Of a stretch of DNA of 64,000 bases, positions 38,620 through 51,090 are shown one piece after another. This DNA is from Mobula hypostoma (Eukaryota): positions 227,914,001-227,978,000 of the forward strand of contig NC_086097.1 of assembly GCF_963921235.1 (NCBI RefSeq), read 5' to 3'. Both the position numbers and the translations under genes were made by a program. Under the pieces are notes generated by a model. It was not told the origin of the DNA. It saw nothing but the letters and a program-made list of their open reading frames with translations, and did no database searches. Numbering within the stretch: position 1 is the first letter of the stretch; the number at the start of each line of letters is the position of its first letter.

Positions 38620-38980
38620 GCAACACACTTAAAATGCTGGAGGAGCTCAGCAGGTCAGGCAGCATCTATGGAAAAGAGTAAACAGTCGACATTTTGGGCC
38701 AAGACCCTTCTTTGCGACTGAAAGAGAAGGGATGAGATGCCCAAATTAAAAGGTGGGGGGAAGAAGGCTAGTAGGGTGGTGAAGCCAGGTGGTTGGGTAA
38801 GGTCAAGGGCTGGAGAAGAAAGAATCAAAGAATCTGATAGGACAGGAGAGTGGACAATAGGAAAAAGGAAAGGGGGGAGGACCCGGGGGAAGTAATTGGC
38901 GGCTGAGAAGTAAAAGGTTAGAGTGGGTAATAGAGGGGGAGGGGAATTTTTGTTCACCAGAAGGAGAAATCGATATTCAG
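38620..38980 (-). mobile_element. Penelope ORF end plus terminal repeat, decayed
   Basis: Minus strand aatatcgatttctccttctggtga (NIDFSFW*), then a pyrimidine-rich body and a degenerate hammerhead around 38683-38720. Confidence 0.75.
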
Positions 38981-39373
38981 TTCTGGATTACACTTTAACA
39001 TTAATATTCTGAGGACCCACACTCAACATTTTAAAAACCTTTTCTAACCCTTCTGAATGGTCCATGAATACATGAACACGACCTCATAGTTTGTCTTTTT
39101 GCACTATTTACTTATTTTGTAGCTTATCGTGATTTTCATGTCTTGCACTGTACTACTGTCACAAAACAACAAATTTCATTGCTCCCCCTAAAGCACATAC
39201 TGTATATACTTAGACAGCCAAATACAAAATTCTGGCTTTTTTTTACCTGAAAGGTTATATACAACCACCATGTGACAGACTAATCACTTAGCTGATACAC
39301 GCAGCTGTAGTTTTGAAAAATCCTCTGTGTCCTTCTGTAGGATGCAACTGTTACTATGCAATGGTGAGTAAAT

Positions 39374-39653
39374 GCAACAATCTCATGCAGAACAACAATC
39401 TCACTCAGAACAACAATCCTATAGGTCACAACAATCTCATACCGAACAACAATCCCATACATCACAATAATCTCACATCTCACACTGAACAACAATCTCA
39501 TACTGAACAATAATCCCATACATCACAATAATATCACACTGAACAACAATCCTATACATCACAATAATCTCACACTGAACAACAATCTCATATAGAACAA
39601 TAATCTCACACTGAACAACAATCCCATACATCTCAACACTCTCATACTGAACA
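39374..39653. repeat. Degenerate minisatellite of ~18-19 bp units (aacaacaatctcacactg / aacaacaatcccatacatc)
   Basis: About 15 imperfect units, directly visible. Confidence 0.9.
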
Positions 39654-39834
39654 AGGGGCTCGTCCTGAAATGTATTTTCGTTTGCTTCCCGCAGACTTTT
39701 GCATTGTAGAATTCTGTCCTGATTTTGACACTTTCCTTTCTGAGCATCTCTTTTTAAATTTCAACCCTGATTTCCTGTTCACTTCATGTTTAAACCTGTG
39801 AGAAGAAAGAACCTGTATTGTTAATAAAAGTACG

Positions 39835-40040
39835 CAAAGCACGGCAGGACACAGCAGGTCAGGCAGCATCTGTGGAGGGAAATGGACAGTCGATGTTTCA
39901 GATTGAGACAATTCACCTTGACTGGAAGGATTGACTTGAAGGATCTCAACCTGAAACACAGACTGTGTATTTCCCTCCACAGATGTTGCCTGGGTTCCTC
40001 CATCACTTTGTGTGTTGCTCTCTATTCCAGCCTCTACAGT
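39835..40040. mobile_element. Old palindromic Penelope terminal-repeat element
   Basis: caggcagcatctgtggagggaaatggacagtcgatgtttcagattgagac is inverted as tctcaacctgaaacacagactgtgtatttccctccacagatgttgcctg. Confidence 0.7.
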
Positions 40041-40675
40041 CCCTTCTGCTTGAACTTTGAATTGTCTTTTATTCCTTTACATTGTTGTCAAGGTCAGGAT
40101 TACTCCTCTAGAAACGTGGGCCCTGACAAAAAAATGTTCCAGAGAGCAATTAGGAGTCAGTTCATTGCTGTGACTTCAGAATCACATACACAAGATCAGA
40201 TGGGGATGGGAAATTTTGTTTCCTTGAGATATTGTCAATTTGCTTTTGATTTGCAAATTGAGGGAAAACAAATAATAAGTTTGTAACGCTAATAAGTAAT
40301 GCTAAAGGATATTTTGTTCGACCTGAACAGGCAAAAAGATCTCAGTAAAACATTTTAGTCAGTTTACCATGGCAAGCTGGGTGTATTTGTAACATCCAAT
40401 TGAGATTTTGCCTTTTGTGAGTTTTTGAAGACTTGCATTAATGGAATTAAATAAATTGATTCTTGGACTAAGTTTTATATTATGCAGTTAAGGATTGATC
40501 ATATTACTTGATATCCATTTACTTTCTATTTACAAAACTGAAATAGATCTTTTTTTACTTACAGTATGTTTTAATTGATTAACAATTCAGAACAAAATGT
40601 CCTTTATCTTGACTGATAAAATGTTTCATGCTGATGAAACTTCGTCAATGCATAACAAATAATAAGTGTACATAC

Positions 40676-40813
40676 CAAAATGCCAACATCGCGATCCACC
40701 CTCCTCTGATTTTTTCAGCCAGGATTCATTCCAGGAGTTGCCAAAGTCGATCAGCAGGACTAGTTGCGTTAGGATGAAACAAAAAGCACCAGCTGAACCA
40801 ATTCCAAATGACA
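40676..40813 (-). CDS. SERINC3: Serine incorporator (SERINC3-like) internal exon, 138 bp (equivalent to vertebrate SERINC1/3 exon 5)
   Basis: Minus strand ccccatttag|TG TCA TTT...TGG CAT TTT G|gtatgt. Translates [46 protein letters not shown], matching the SERINC motif [24 protein letters not shown]. Phase 1/1. Paralog assignment is less certain than family. Confidence 0.93.
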
Positions 40814-41126
40814 CTAAATGGGGAATAATATTTGATCTTCATTAAAATAAACTGCAAATACAGTATACTAGTCTACTTCATCCTTAAGTTTTACTTTTAT
40901 GTAAAATGTCCACATAAATGAAGGTCTCATCAACCATGACCTGCCATAAGATTCCTTCTATCTGGCATCTCTGTGAGTCCGTGGGCACCTCGTTAGGCTA
41001 AAACTGCGTACCATTTCTTGCCATTACTTGTCATAGTCACCCATTACCTCTTAATTCCACAGTAGTATGCATCAATCTAGAATAATCTTTCTGACATTTA
41101 ATGGAACATCTCATCTCCCTGGATGT

Positions 41127-41148
<22 letters not shown>

Positions 41149-41170
<22 letters not shown>

Positions 41171-41188
41171 ACTTTATCCCAAAGCAAC
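41149..41188. repeat. (CA)n microsatellite
   Basis: Directly visible. Confidence 0.95.
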
Positions 41189-41225
41189 ATTCTAAATTAT
41201 TCTATCAAACCCGGATGTGGAGGCG

Positions 41226-41993
41226 GTGTTAAGATGGCACTAAACGGCAACTCCTTTGCTTGCATCTTCAGAAAAAGCTCTATTTCCATCTTAAATATCT
41301 TTATTTTTTCCTTCAAGGGTTCTTTTGAAGACCCTGGCCTGGAGTTAAACGCAGACTGCGGTTCTTTGCGGGAATGGGACCAGTTCTCGGGGTTTCAGGA
41401 CTGGCCGTTATCCAACAATGCCAAGGGTTCGGCCTGAGAGTCCCGCTTGTATTTGGAAGCCTAAGATCTCGGGGCTCTGGAGACGGGCGGATCGAGGGTC
41501 GGTGTCACGGCAGGAGACCTGTGTGTCGTCGCGGGTGCCAGAAAATCTTTCACTGTGGGCCTGAAGACCCAAGATCTTTGTGATCTTCGGGCACAAAGCT
41601 CATAAAAAAGTAACAAAACGGACTTTTAACATCGTAAACCAGCGGGTTGTTGTTATGTCTCCCCTCTCACTGTGAAAATGGGGGACACCTCCCTCTCCCT
41701 TATTAGGGAGAGAGAGAACCTATGGTTTGTCGAATGCTGGATGAAATGCGAAGCCTTTGGGGTAACTGCAGCTCTATGTCTTTGCTATTACCTAGTTCAC
41801 GCTTGTGCTAGGTGGTGGTGTTGATGTTTGCTTTATGTTTTGCCAGTGGGGGGGAGGGGGGATTGTTGCTCGCACGTTTAACTGTCGTTCATTCTTTAGG
41901 GTACTCCTCTGTTTTCGTGGATGTTTGCAAAGAAAAAGCATTTCAGGATGTATATTGTATACATTCCTCTGACATTAAATTGGACCTTTGAAA
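41226..41993 (+). mobile_element. ~770 bp non-coding dispersed repeat, copy 1
   Basis: Starts aagatggcactaaacggcaactcc and ends ctctgacattaaattggacctttgaa. Full-length homologue at 46266-47069; tail-only copies at about 20860-21090 and 25110-25270. Confidence 0.8.
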
Positions 41994-42154
41994 TGTCCCA
42001 TCATGATTCTGGTTGCTGCGTTTGGCTTTTAAATTGATAAGAGTCCTACAGCATGGAAAAAGGCCATTCCTCCCACCATATCTATACTAACCAATGGAGT
42101 TTTTCTTCTCAGTCACTGTAAGGTCTGGAGGAGAGTTGTGCCATAATTTACCAT

Positions 42155-43150
42155 CGACCCAGCCTGCAAGTTAACCCTTAGGGAATCATGCATGAGGACT
42201 CCCAATCCCTTTGCATGTCTGATTTCTGAATTTTATCCCTGTTTTGAAAATAGTCTATATCTTTATTCATTCTACCAAGGTACACAACCATACACTTCCT
42301 GACACTATCTGCTACTCCTTAGCCCGTTCTCCTAATCCATCTATTTTCTTCCGCAGACTCCCTGCTTCCTCAACACTAACTGCTCCTCCACCTATCATTA
42401 TATTGCCCACAAATTTGGCCACAAAGCCATCAATTCCATCATCCAAATCACCAACATATAACGTGAAAAGACGTGGTCACAACACCAGTCCCTGCGGAGC
42501 ACCACTAGTCACGGGTAGCTAAAAGAGAAGGCCCATTTTATTCCCACTTTTTGCCTCCTGCCAGTCAGCAGATCTTCTGTCGATGCTGGTATCCTTCCTG
42601 AAGTATCACGGGCTCTGATTTTGCTTAGCAGCCTCATGTGTGGCACCTTGTCAAAGGTCTTCTGAAAATCAAAGTTACTAACATCATAAGATGATGAAAG
42701 GCATTGATGTGTATAAGATGATGAGAGGCACTGATCGTGTGGATAGTCAGAGGCTTTTTCCCAGGGCTGGAATGTCTAGCATGAGAGGGCACAATTTTAA
42801 GGTGTTTGGAAGTAGATACAGAGGAGATGTCAGGGGTAAGTTTTTTACTCAGAAAGTGGTGAGTGCGTGGAATGGGCTGCCGGCAACGGTGGTGGAGGCA
42901 GATACAATAAGGTCTTTTAAGAGACTCCTGGACAGGTACATGGAGCTCAGAAAAATAGAGGGCTATGGGTAACCCTAGGTAATTTCTAAGGTAAGGACAA
43001 TTTCAGCACAGCTTTGTGGGCCGAAGGGCCTGTATTGTGCTGTAGGTTTTCTATGTTTCTATGTTACTGACTCTCCTTTGTCTATCCTGCCTGTTATTTC
43101 CTCAAACAACTTTAACAGTTTCGTCGGCAAGATTTCTCCTTAAGGAAACT
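42155..43150 (-). mobile_element. CR1 RT-region fragment hosting a younger CR1
   Basis: Homologous to 25870-26330; interrupted at 42691-43062. Confidence 0.75.
42691..43062 (+). mobile_element. Young CR1 3' fragment
   Basis: VYKMMRGTDRVDSQRLFPR...KRLLDRYMELRKIEGYG* and a (tttctatg) tail. Confidence 0.85.
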
Positions 43151-43379
43151 ACTCTGACGTAGGTCTGACTTTCATATGACAGAAAACTTGACTTTTAGAC
43201 TTAGGATCAGAATCTGGTTAATCAATGCTTTGAAGAAACAGACAAATTGAAATAAGGATAGTTCATGTATAAGAAAACAAGTTAAAGCAAATGCTACAAA
43301 TCTAAAATCCCCTTTAGTACTCAGAAGGGTCAGTTCCCTCTACAGTTTTGCCATACCTCACACACAGCACATAAAAATA

Positions 43380-44020
43380 TTAAAACAATAATATTAATAG
43401 ATAATAGAAATATTTCAAAGATGTACAAGTTGATGTAACGTATATATACAACATATAGTTAAATATAAATCAGTACAATGCTACTGGTGCTGCCATTAAT
43501 AATGTATACTGGATGACAACAGGATATTCAGAAGTCTCACAGCCTAACAGTTCTTATTCTTATACTGCAGTACCGTCTGACCGACAGTGGGAGGTCAACT
43601 AGGTTGCAGGACAAATAGGAGAGGTCTTTGCCAGTGCTGAGGGCTCTGCAGTTACAGTATTTCTGGTGTATGTGGGGGAGTGGGAGTGAGATGCCAATGA
43701 TTCTCTCTGCACTCCTCACAATACTTTTCAGGGTCTTGTGGTAGATGCTTTGTAGTTCCCATATCAGATAGTAATGCAGCTGCTCTCAATGCTGTTCCAG
43801 TGGGATATGGTTAGAATGGGGGTCAGAAGCCTCGCTCATCTCAATCTCCTCAGGAGGTAGAGGTGCTGCTGTGCTTTCTTGACTAAAGTGACGGTTTGGG
43901 GTCCATGATGTGCACTCCAAGAAGCTTGGTGCTCCTGATACTCTCCACAGAGGAGCCGTTGATGCGCTGTTGGTAGTGGTCAGCCTGCACCTTCCTGAAG
44001 TCCATGATCAGGAACTTCAG
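43380..44020 (-). mobile_element. Decayed Rex1/Babar-like LINE fragment
   Basis: RSAERIIGISLP...LPLSVRRYCSIRIRTVRL is homologous to the ORF end at 56891-57796. Confidence 0.65.
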
Positions 44021-44559
44021 GAAGTTCCATGCATTTCAAGATGGCAAACAGTCTGTAAACCTCTCCCTCCCTCTCTTAGACAGAATCTCCTCTCCCTCCT
44101 CCCCTATGGCCTACTTATGTGCCATATATAAATAAGTTTGACTGGCTTGGGGACATGATGACACCAGTATGTGGATGTCTGTGATGTTAGTTCCATATGC
44201 GGGGTGTGAGAAAGTTGTCTTTTCACTGAGTGGTGATCTCCAGCTGACGACCGGCAGCTGACCTAAGGGCACTTGGATTTGCAGCAGACAACAATGCCAA
44301 ACAGGAAACCATGTCTTCCTGTAAATCTCATTGAAACTTCTGGGTATCCAGTGTCTACTGTGAAAGGGCAATTGGAGTTCAGGGAAGATAGGAGGACATC
44401 CAGGAAAGACTGAATAGCTTGGGGAAAGTCTGCACAAGGAGTGGCAATTGGTCACCCAACCCACTATTCTCTTGTAGAGGAGACACCTGTCAATGACCAC
44501 GAGGATGAATAAGAGAAGACAATCCGAAGGCCTTCCAAGAGGTGGGATGAAAGATGGGC

Positions 44560-45390
44560 CCACTAATTTTTGCTCTATTATAAGCCCTCTCTTTGGCTTT
44601 TATGTTGACTTGACTTCTCTTGTTAGCCACGGTTATGTTATCTTGCCTTTAGAATATTTCTCCCTTTGGGATGTATATATCCTGTGCCTTCTGAATTGCT
44701 TCCAGAAATTCCAGCTATTACTGTTCTGTTGTCATCCCTACTAGTGTTCTTTTCAATCAATCTTGGCCAACTCTTCTCTCATGCCTCTGTAATTCCCTTT
44801 ATTCCACTCTAATACTGATACATCTGACATTACCTGCTCTTTCCCCTATTTCAGAGTGAATTCTATCATATTATGATCACTTTCCCCTAAGGCTTCTTTT
44901 ACCTTAAGCTCTCTGATCCAGAATTGCTGATCCCCAAGTGGGCTCAACTACAAGCTGCTCTAAAAAGCCATCTCATAGGCATTCTAGAATTTTCCCCCTT
45001 GGGATCCTGTACCATCCTGATTTTCCCAATCTACCTGCATATTGAAACCCCCCATGACTATTGTAACATTGACCTCTTGGCATGCATTGTCTACTTCCCA
45101 TTGTAACTTGTAGACCACATCCTTACTACTGTTTGGGAGTCCGTATATACAACTCCCATTAGCGTCTTTTTACCTTTGCAGTTCCTTAGCTCTATCCACA
45201 ATGATTCAATACCTTTTGATCCCATATCACCTCTTAGTAATGATTTGACTTCATCTTTTGCCAACAGAACAATACCACTGCTTCTGCCTTCTTGCTTGTC
45301 TTTTCGATACAATGTGTATCCTTGAATGTTAAGATCCCAGCTATAATCTTCTTTCAGCCATGATTCAGTGATGCCTACAACATCATACAT
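44560..45390 (-). mobile_element. CR1 ORF2 endonuclease-region fragment
   Basis: YDVVGITESWL...LNIQGYTLYRKD...ESLWIELRN is the APE-type endonuclease N-terminus of CR1. Confidence 0.85.
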
Positions 45391-45391
45391 A

Positions 45392-46006
45392 TGTAATGTC
45401 CTGGCTCATATTTTTACTGTTATGCTGTATGTATTTCATTTTGGCAGTTCTGTAAGAGCAGTCTGTTTTGTTTTTAGCTTGTTTGGGTTATTGTCAAAGA
45501 TAAGAGATGAGGAGAAATATGTGCCATCCAATTAGGATGGTCGAATTAAGGGGAGGTTTGTCTGGTGAGGGACACTAAGGTTGGGCTTGGGTCTTTTTGT
45601 TCAAGAGGAGATGAAGATGGAAAACGCAGGAGAGAAGAGGTCATGGGATTCGACCTGAAGTGGGACTGTGATTTGACAAAACCAGGGGTGAAATCAATTG
45701 AGAATCGTAACTATGGAGAAACTGTGAGCTTCAACTTGTACACATTAGACTGTTTCATTAAAATGGACCTTTTTCTTTTTTTTTGTTCTTTTATTTACTA
45801 ACCCTTTGGTCAAATTAAGAATCATAGAGATAATCTTTTAATTGTACATGGTGTCCTATCTGTTATTTCATGGCACTGATTTGTAACAGGGTAGCAAGTT
45901 ACATAGCTTCCACAGAAACTGGGGTTGGGATGGGAGACCGCCTCAATTTCACGAGTTTGGCGGGGCCGGAGGTTTTTTCCCCTAGACTTACGCAGCCAAG
46001 GAAACA
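45392..46006 (+). mobile_element. LTR-like insertion interrupting CR1
   Basis: Starts tgtaatg abruptly within CR1 sequence, and CR1-like sequence resumes after about 46006. No clean TSD identified. Confidence 0.4.
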
Positions 46007-46265
46007 TTGCCCCTTTTGGGAAACCAACTATTTCATCCTCAACAATATCATCCCCCCGTCAAATTAGTTTAAATCCACCCAGACAACTCTAGCCAACCTG
46101 CCTGCAAGGATGTTGGACCCCCTCGGGTTCAGGTGTAACCCGGCCCTTTTGTGCAGGTTATACCTTGTCCCCACGTATGCAAAACCTTGTCCTAAACATG
46201 CACGTCAGTAAACCACCTAACAAAGTGATGTTACAAAATGCCCTATAATGCATATAGAGCTTAGT

Positions 46266-47069
46266 CAAGATGGCACTAAATGGCAACTCCTTCGCTTGCA
46301 TCTTCGGAAACAGCTCTATTTCCATCTTCCATATCTCTATTTTTCCCTTTCAGGGTTCTTTTGAAGATCCTGACCTGGAGTTACACACTGACTTTGTTTC
46401 TTTGCAGGAATGGGACCCACTCTCAGGGATGCACAACTGGCCGTTATTCAACATGCCAAGGGCGCAACCTAAGAGCTCAGCTCACCTTTGGAGGTCCAAT
46501 ATTTCATGGCTCTGGAGATGGGCAGATCAAAGGTCGGTGTCCCGGCAGGATATTGGTGTGTCGTGGGAGTCAGAAGATCTTTGGCTGTGTGCCTAGAGAC
46601 CTGAGATCTTTGGGCACAGAGCTCAGAAAGAGCAACGCAGTGGACTTTTAACATCATAAACCAGCGAGTTGTTTGTTATGTCTCCCCTCTCGCAGTGAAA
46701 CAGAGATACCTCTTTCTCCCTTATTAGGGAGAGAGAGGGCCTGTGGTATGTCGAATACCAGGTGAACGAGTAGTCTTTGGGGTACTGCAAGTATGTGTCT
46801 TTGCTGTTGCTTTGATGCACACTTGAGTGCTTGGTGATGAGTGCCGATGCTTTTTTTTTGGCTGGTGGAGGGAGTGGGGGATTGTTGCTTGCAGCCACTT
46901 ACACATGGGAGGGAAGGGAGCTGGGGGTACTTTGGGGTTCGAACATTTAACTGTCATTCATTCTTTGGGGGCACTCCTCTTTTTTTGTGGATGGTTGTGA
47001 AGAAAAAGCATTACAGGATGTATATTGTATTTGTTTCTCTGACATTAAATGTACCTTTGAAACCTTTGA
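46266..47069 (+). mobile_element. ~800 bp non-coding dispersed repeat, copy 2
   Basis: Colinear with 41226-41993; both translate MALNGNSFACIF...FxGSFEDPxLEL. Confidence 0.8.
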
Positions 47070-47169
47070 TCTCCCAAAATCACAGGCTCATTAACCAATT
47101 CAATGGTCTGATCTCCAAACACTTTTCCAGGCTTTTGACAAACTTATAGCATTCAGAAGTATAAGGGTA

Positions 47170-48825
47170 CTGACACTGTGATTACAGTCTCTGAGGCTGA
47201 CATGACAGCATCCTTCCGGAGGGTGAACCGACAGAAAGTATTTGGCCCAGACTGGGTGTCCGGCCGAGTACTGAAGGCCTGTGCTGATCAATTGGCTGGA
47301 GTGTTCACTTATATCTTTAACCTCTCACTTCGGCAGTCTGAGCTAGCCAAATACTTCAAGCTGGCTTCAATTATACTGTTGCCTAAGAAGAGCGTAGTAA
47401 CCTGCCTCAGTAACTATCATCCAGTAGCACTGACATCCACCATGAAGAAATACTTTGAGTGGCTGGTTGTGAAACATATCAACCTCTGCGTAAGGGGCGA
47501 CTTGGATCCACACCAGTTTGAACTACAGAAGATGCCTTTCCATTGGCTCTTCACTCAAACCTGGAATATCTGGACAGTGAAGATGCATATAATCTGAACG
47601 CTCTTCATTGACTACAGCTCTGCTTTCAAAACTACTATTCCCTTGAAACTAATCAATAAGCTCCAATAACTTCAATACCTCCTTATGCAACTGAATCCCT
47701 GATTTCCTCACTTGCAGACCCTAGTCAGTTTAGATTAGCGACATCATCTCCCCTACAATCACTATCAATATAGGTGCACCACAAGGCTGTGTGCTTAGCC
47801 CCCTGTTCTACTCACTTTATAATTATGACCATGAGGCTAAGCACATCTCTAATGCCATATTTAAGTTTATTGATAATACCACTGTCATTGACTGAATTAA
47901 AGGTGATAATGAATCAGTGTCTAGGCGGGAGAATGAAGACCTGCCTGGGTGGTGCCACAACAATAACCTCTCACTCAGTGTCAGCAAAAGGAAAGAGACT
48001 GCAGGAGGAAGAAACTGGGGGTCCATGAGACAGTCCTCATTAGGGTATAAGAGGTGGAGAGGTCAGCAGCTTTGAATTCCTTGGTGTTATCATTTCAGAG
48101 GACCTGTTCTGGGTCCAGCATGTAAGTGACATTACAAAGAAGGCACAGCAGTGCCTCTACTTAGAAGTTTGCAAAGATTTGGCGTGTCATCTGAAATTTT
48201 GATGAATGTTGATAGATGCACGATGGAGAGAGTCCTGACTGGTTGTATCATGGCATTATATGGAAAGACAAAAGCCCTTGAACAGAAAAGCCTACAAAAA
48301 TTAATAGATATGACCCAGTCCATCAAAGCTCTCCTCACCATTGAGCACATCTAGAAGGGGTGTTGTCGCAGGAAAGCAGCATCATCATCAAAGACCCTCA
48401 CCATCCAAGCCATGCTCCCTTCTCACTACTGCCATCAAGGAGAAGGTATAGAAACCTCCAGAACTGCACCACCAGGTTCAGGAACAGTTATTACCCCTCA
48501 ACCATCGGGCTCTTGAACCAGAGGGGATAACTTCACTCACCCCATCACTGAACTATTCCTACAACTTATAAACTCACTTTCAAGGACTCTTCATCTCAAG
48601 CTCTCAATATTTATTTCTCACTGATTTATTATTATTATGTTTGCTTTTTTTTGTATATGTATAATTTGTTGTCTTTTGCACATTGGCTGATTGTCCCTCT
48701 TGCTGTGTGCATTTTTTCATTGATTCTGTTGTGTTTCTTTCTACTTACTGTGAATGTCTGCAAGAAAATGAATCTCAGGGTAGCATATGGTGGCATATAT
48801 GTACCTTGATAGTAAAATTATTCTG
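47170..48825 (+). mobile_element. Rex1/Babar-like LINE, decayed RT
   Basis: GPDWVSGRVLKACADQLAGVFTYIFNLSL...LSNYHPVALTS; frameshifted downstream. Confidence 0.85.
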
Positions 48826-49549
48826 AAAATATTTTTGATGGGAAAGTTGATGTAAACTGCACCTACCTATCTACTTGCTATTAATTAGGTTTATCTTTGC
48901 ACGAAGTTAATATAGACCAGTAATAAAGCTAAAGAATAAAATTGTTGCTACGTCTCAATAACGTTTATAGGAATCCAGTACTGCAAATGTATCCCTGCCA
49001 GATCTTTCTCATGAGACTGAGGGATTGGGATCCAGCCAGCATCAATCACTCTTTATTCAACGCTCATGGTGGTGGCCTTCATTCACCCCTCTCAAAACCT
49101 CCAGTTCACTTTTGTTTCACAGCTGTACAAATTGCTCATTTTTATTCCTATTACAGACTAAAACTTGGACAGAAACAAGCTAAATTGTGAACAAAAACAT
49201 ATGTTCTCATTTTGATCAATTGTCTTTAATTATCTTAACTTCACCAAATAAAGTATACTGTCTTGTACAGCTGGCACCTATTATCTGTGAAAACTTGCCT
49301 TATTTCTCAATAGCTGCTTTTGCAGAGCATTTTAAATCTTTGCTTCTCTGTCTTACCCCTCTCTACCTTTTAAATGGCTCCACACCGACTAGATGAGCCA
49401 AAGGGTCTGTTTCTGTGCCGTACTCTTCTATGACTGTAAGACCTCTTATGAACAAATAGTCCAACAGCATTCTTGACATTTTCAACCCTCCTATGCTTCT
49501 TCACCTATCACTGATTGTCGTGTCACCTTCTTCCCTACAACGTAAACAA

Positions 49550-51090
49550 AAGTACAATTGAAAAGTAATGACACAATTCAAACTCATGTATTCCATCAAG
49601 ACATTATACATAACTCTGCTCTCAGAACAGCCAGGAGAAACATCAGCAAGAGGGCAAAGACTGCCTATGCACAAAAAATTCAAGAACATCTGTCCATGGC
49701 CAGTGGCACCAACACCAATCATCATAAATTGCTTGGAACAGCAGGCAATACCAAAATCTCTATTCCTGCTACACTAGACACTCACTGATATGCTTACTGA
49801 CAGAACCACTGCACGACAGATACTACAGCATTTGTCACACACCTGGTCCTGACACACCTAGAAAACCAGGTCACTTATTTCGGAATGCTCTTTGTGGATT
49901 TCTGTTCAGCAGTCAACATGATTGTCTCACAGACCTCAGTGAACAAACACCTACTCCTCAGTCTAAATACACCACTGGGCAACTGGGTGTTGGATTTCTT
50001 AAACAACAGACCATAGTTAGTCAGGATGCACAAACGATCCTCCCTCCCCATCATACTCAACACAGATGCTCCCGCCCCCAGGGCTGTGACTAAGCCCATT
50101 GCTGTACACCATGCTCACACACGACTGCACGGCCAAATACTCGAGTAAGCACATTGTCAGGTTCGCTGAAGATACAACAGTGGTGGGGCTCCGCCAACGA
50201 TGAGACGGCCTACAGAGAGGAGGTGGTAGAGCTCAAGGCCTGGTGCCAGGCAGATAACTTCTTCCTCAATGTCAACTAGACAAAGGAGATAGTTGTCAAC
50301 TTCAGAAGAACTCACATCACGCACACCCCTCATTACATCAGCAACAGAGCAGTTTCAAACCCCTGGAGTGCACGTCTCGCACAAACACTCATGGTACGAG
50401 AACAAATCCTACACAATCAGGAAAGCTCACCAATGGTTCTACTTTCTGAGGAGGCTGAAGAGGACGGAACTATGTACATTTCTACTCACACCATTCTATA
50501 GAGGTGAACTACAGAGCATCCTAACACACTGCGTCATTCTGTGGTACGGAAACTGCACTGGAGCGGACAGGAAGGCTCTACAGCAGGTAGTCAAACTGCC
50601 TAACACATCACCGACACCTGCTTACCTGCCATCAAGTACATATATATAGAAAGGTGTCAGAAAAGGGCTAGAAACATCATGAGGGATTAGACTTATCCAG
50701 CTCATGGAGTGTTTGTCCCACTCCCATCAGAGAGGAGGCCACGTAACATCCAGGCTAAGAATACCAAGCTCAAAAACGGTTACTTCCCTCAAGTAGTAAA
50801 ACTGGTCAAAACCTCCACTTCTTCACCGTTAACCCACCACCACCACTTTATCATTTCCTGTCAAAGTCACATAATGTCCAGACACCCCTGTGCCTAGCTT
50901 CACTTTATGGACATACAATCAATGTATGTATGTAAGCTATCTTACATGTTTATAGTTATTGTGCTGTTTTAATTATGTTCTTAATTTTATTGTATTTTTT
51001 GTACTGCATCAGATCTGGAGTAACAATTATTTCATTCTCCTTTACACTTCTCTACAGGAAATGACACAAAACAATTTTGAATCTTGAATA
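49550..51090 (+). mobile_element. Rex1/Babar-like LINE, decayed
   Basis: RKAHQWFYFLRRLKR...WYGNCTGADRKALQQVVK and a (gaatctt) tail. Confidence 0.8.

Noticed and set aside
39280..39747. N/Q-rich and hydrophobic repeat ORFs
   Set aside because: Artefacts of the 18-19 bp minisatellite.
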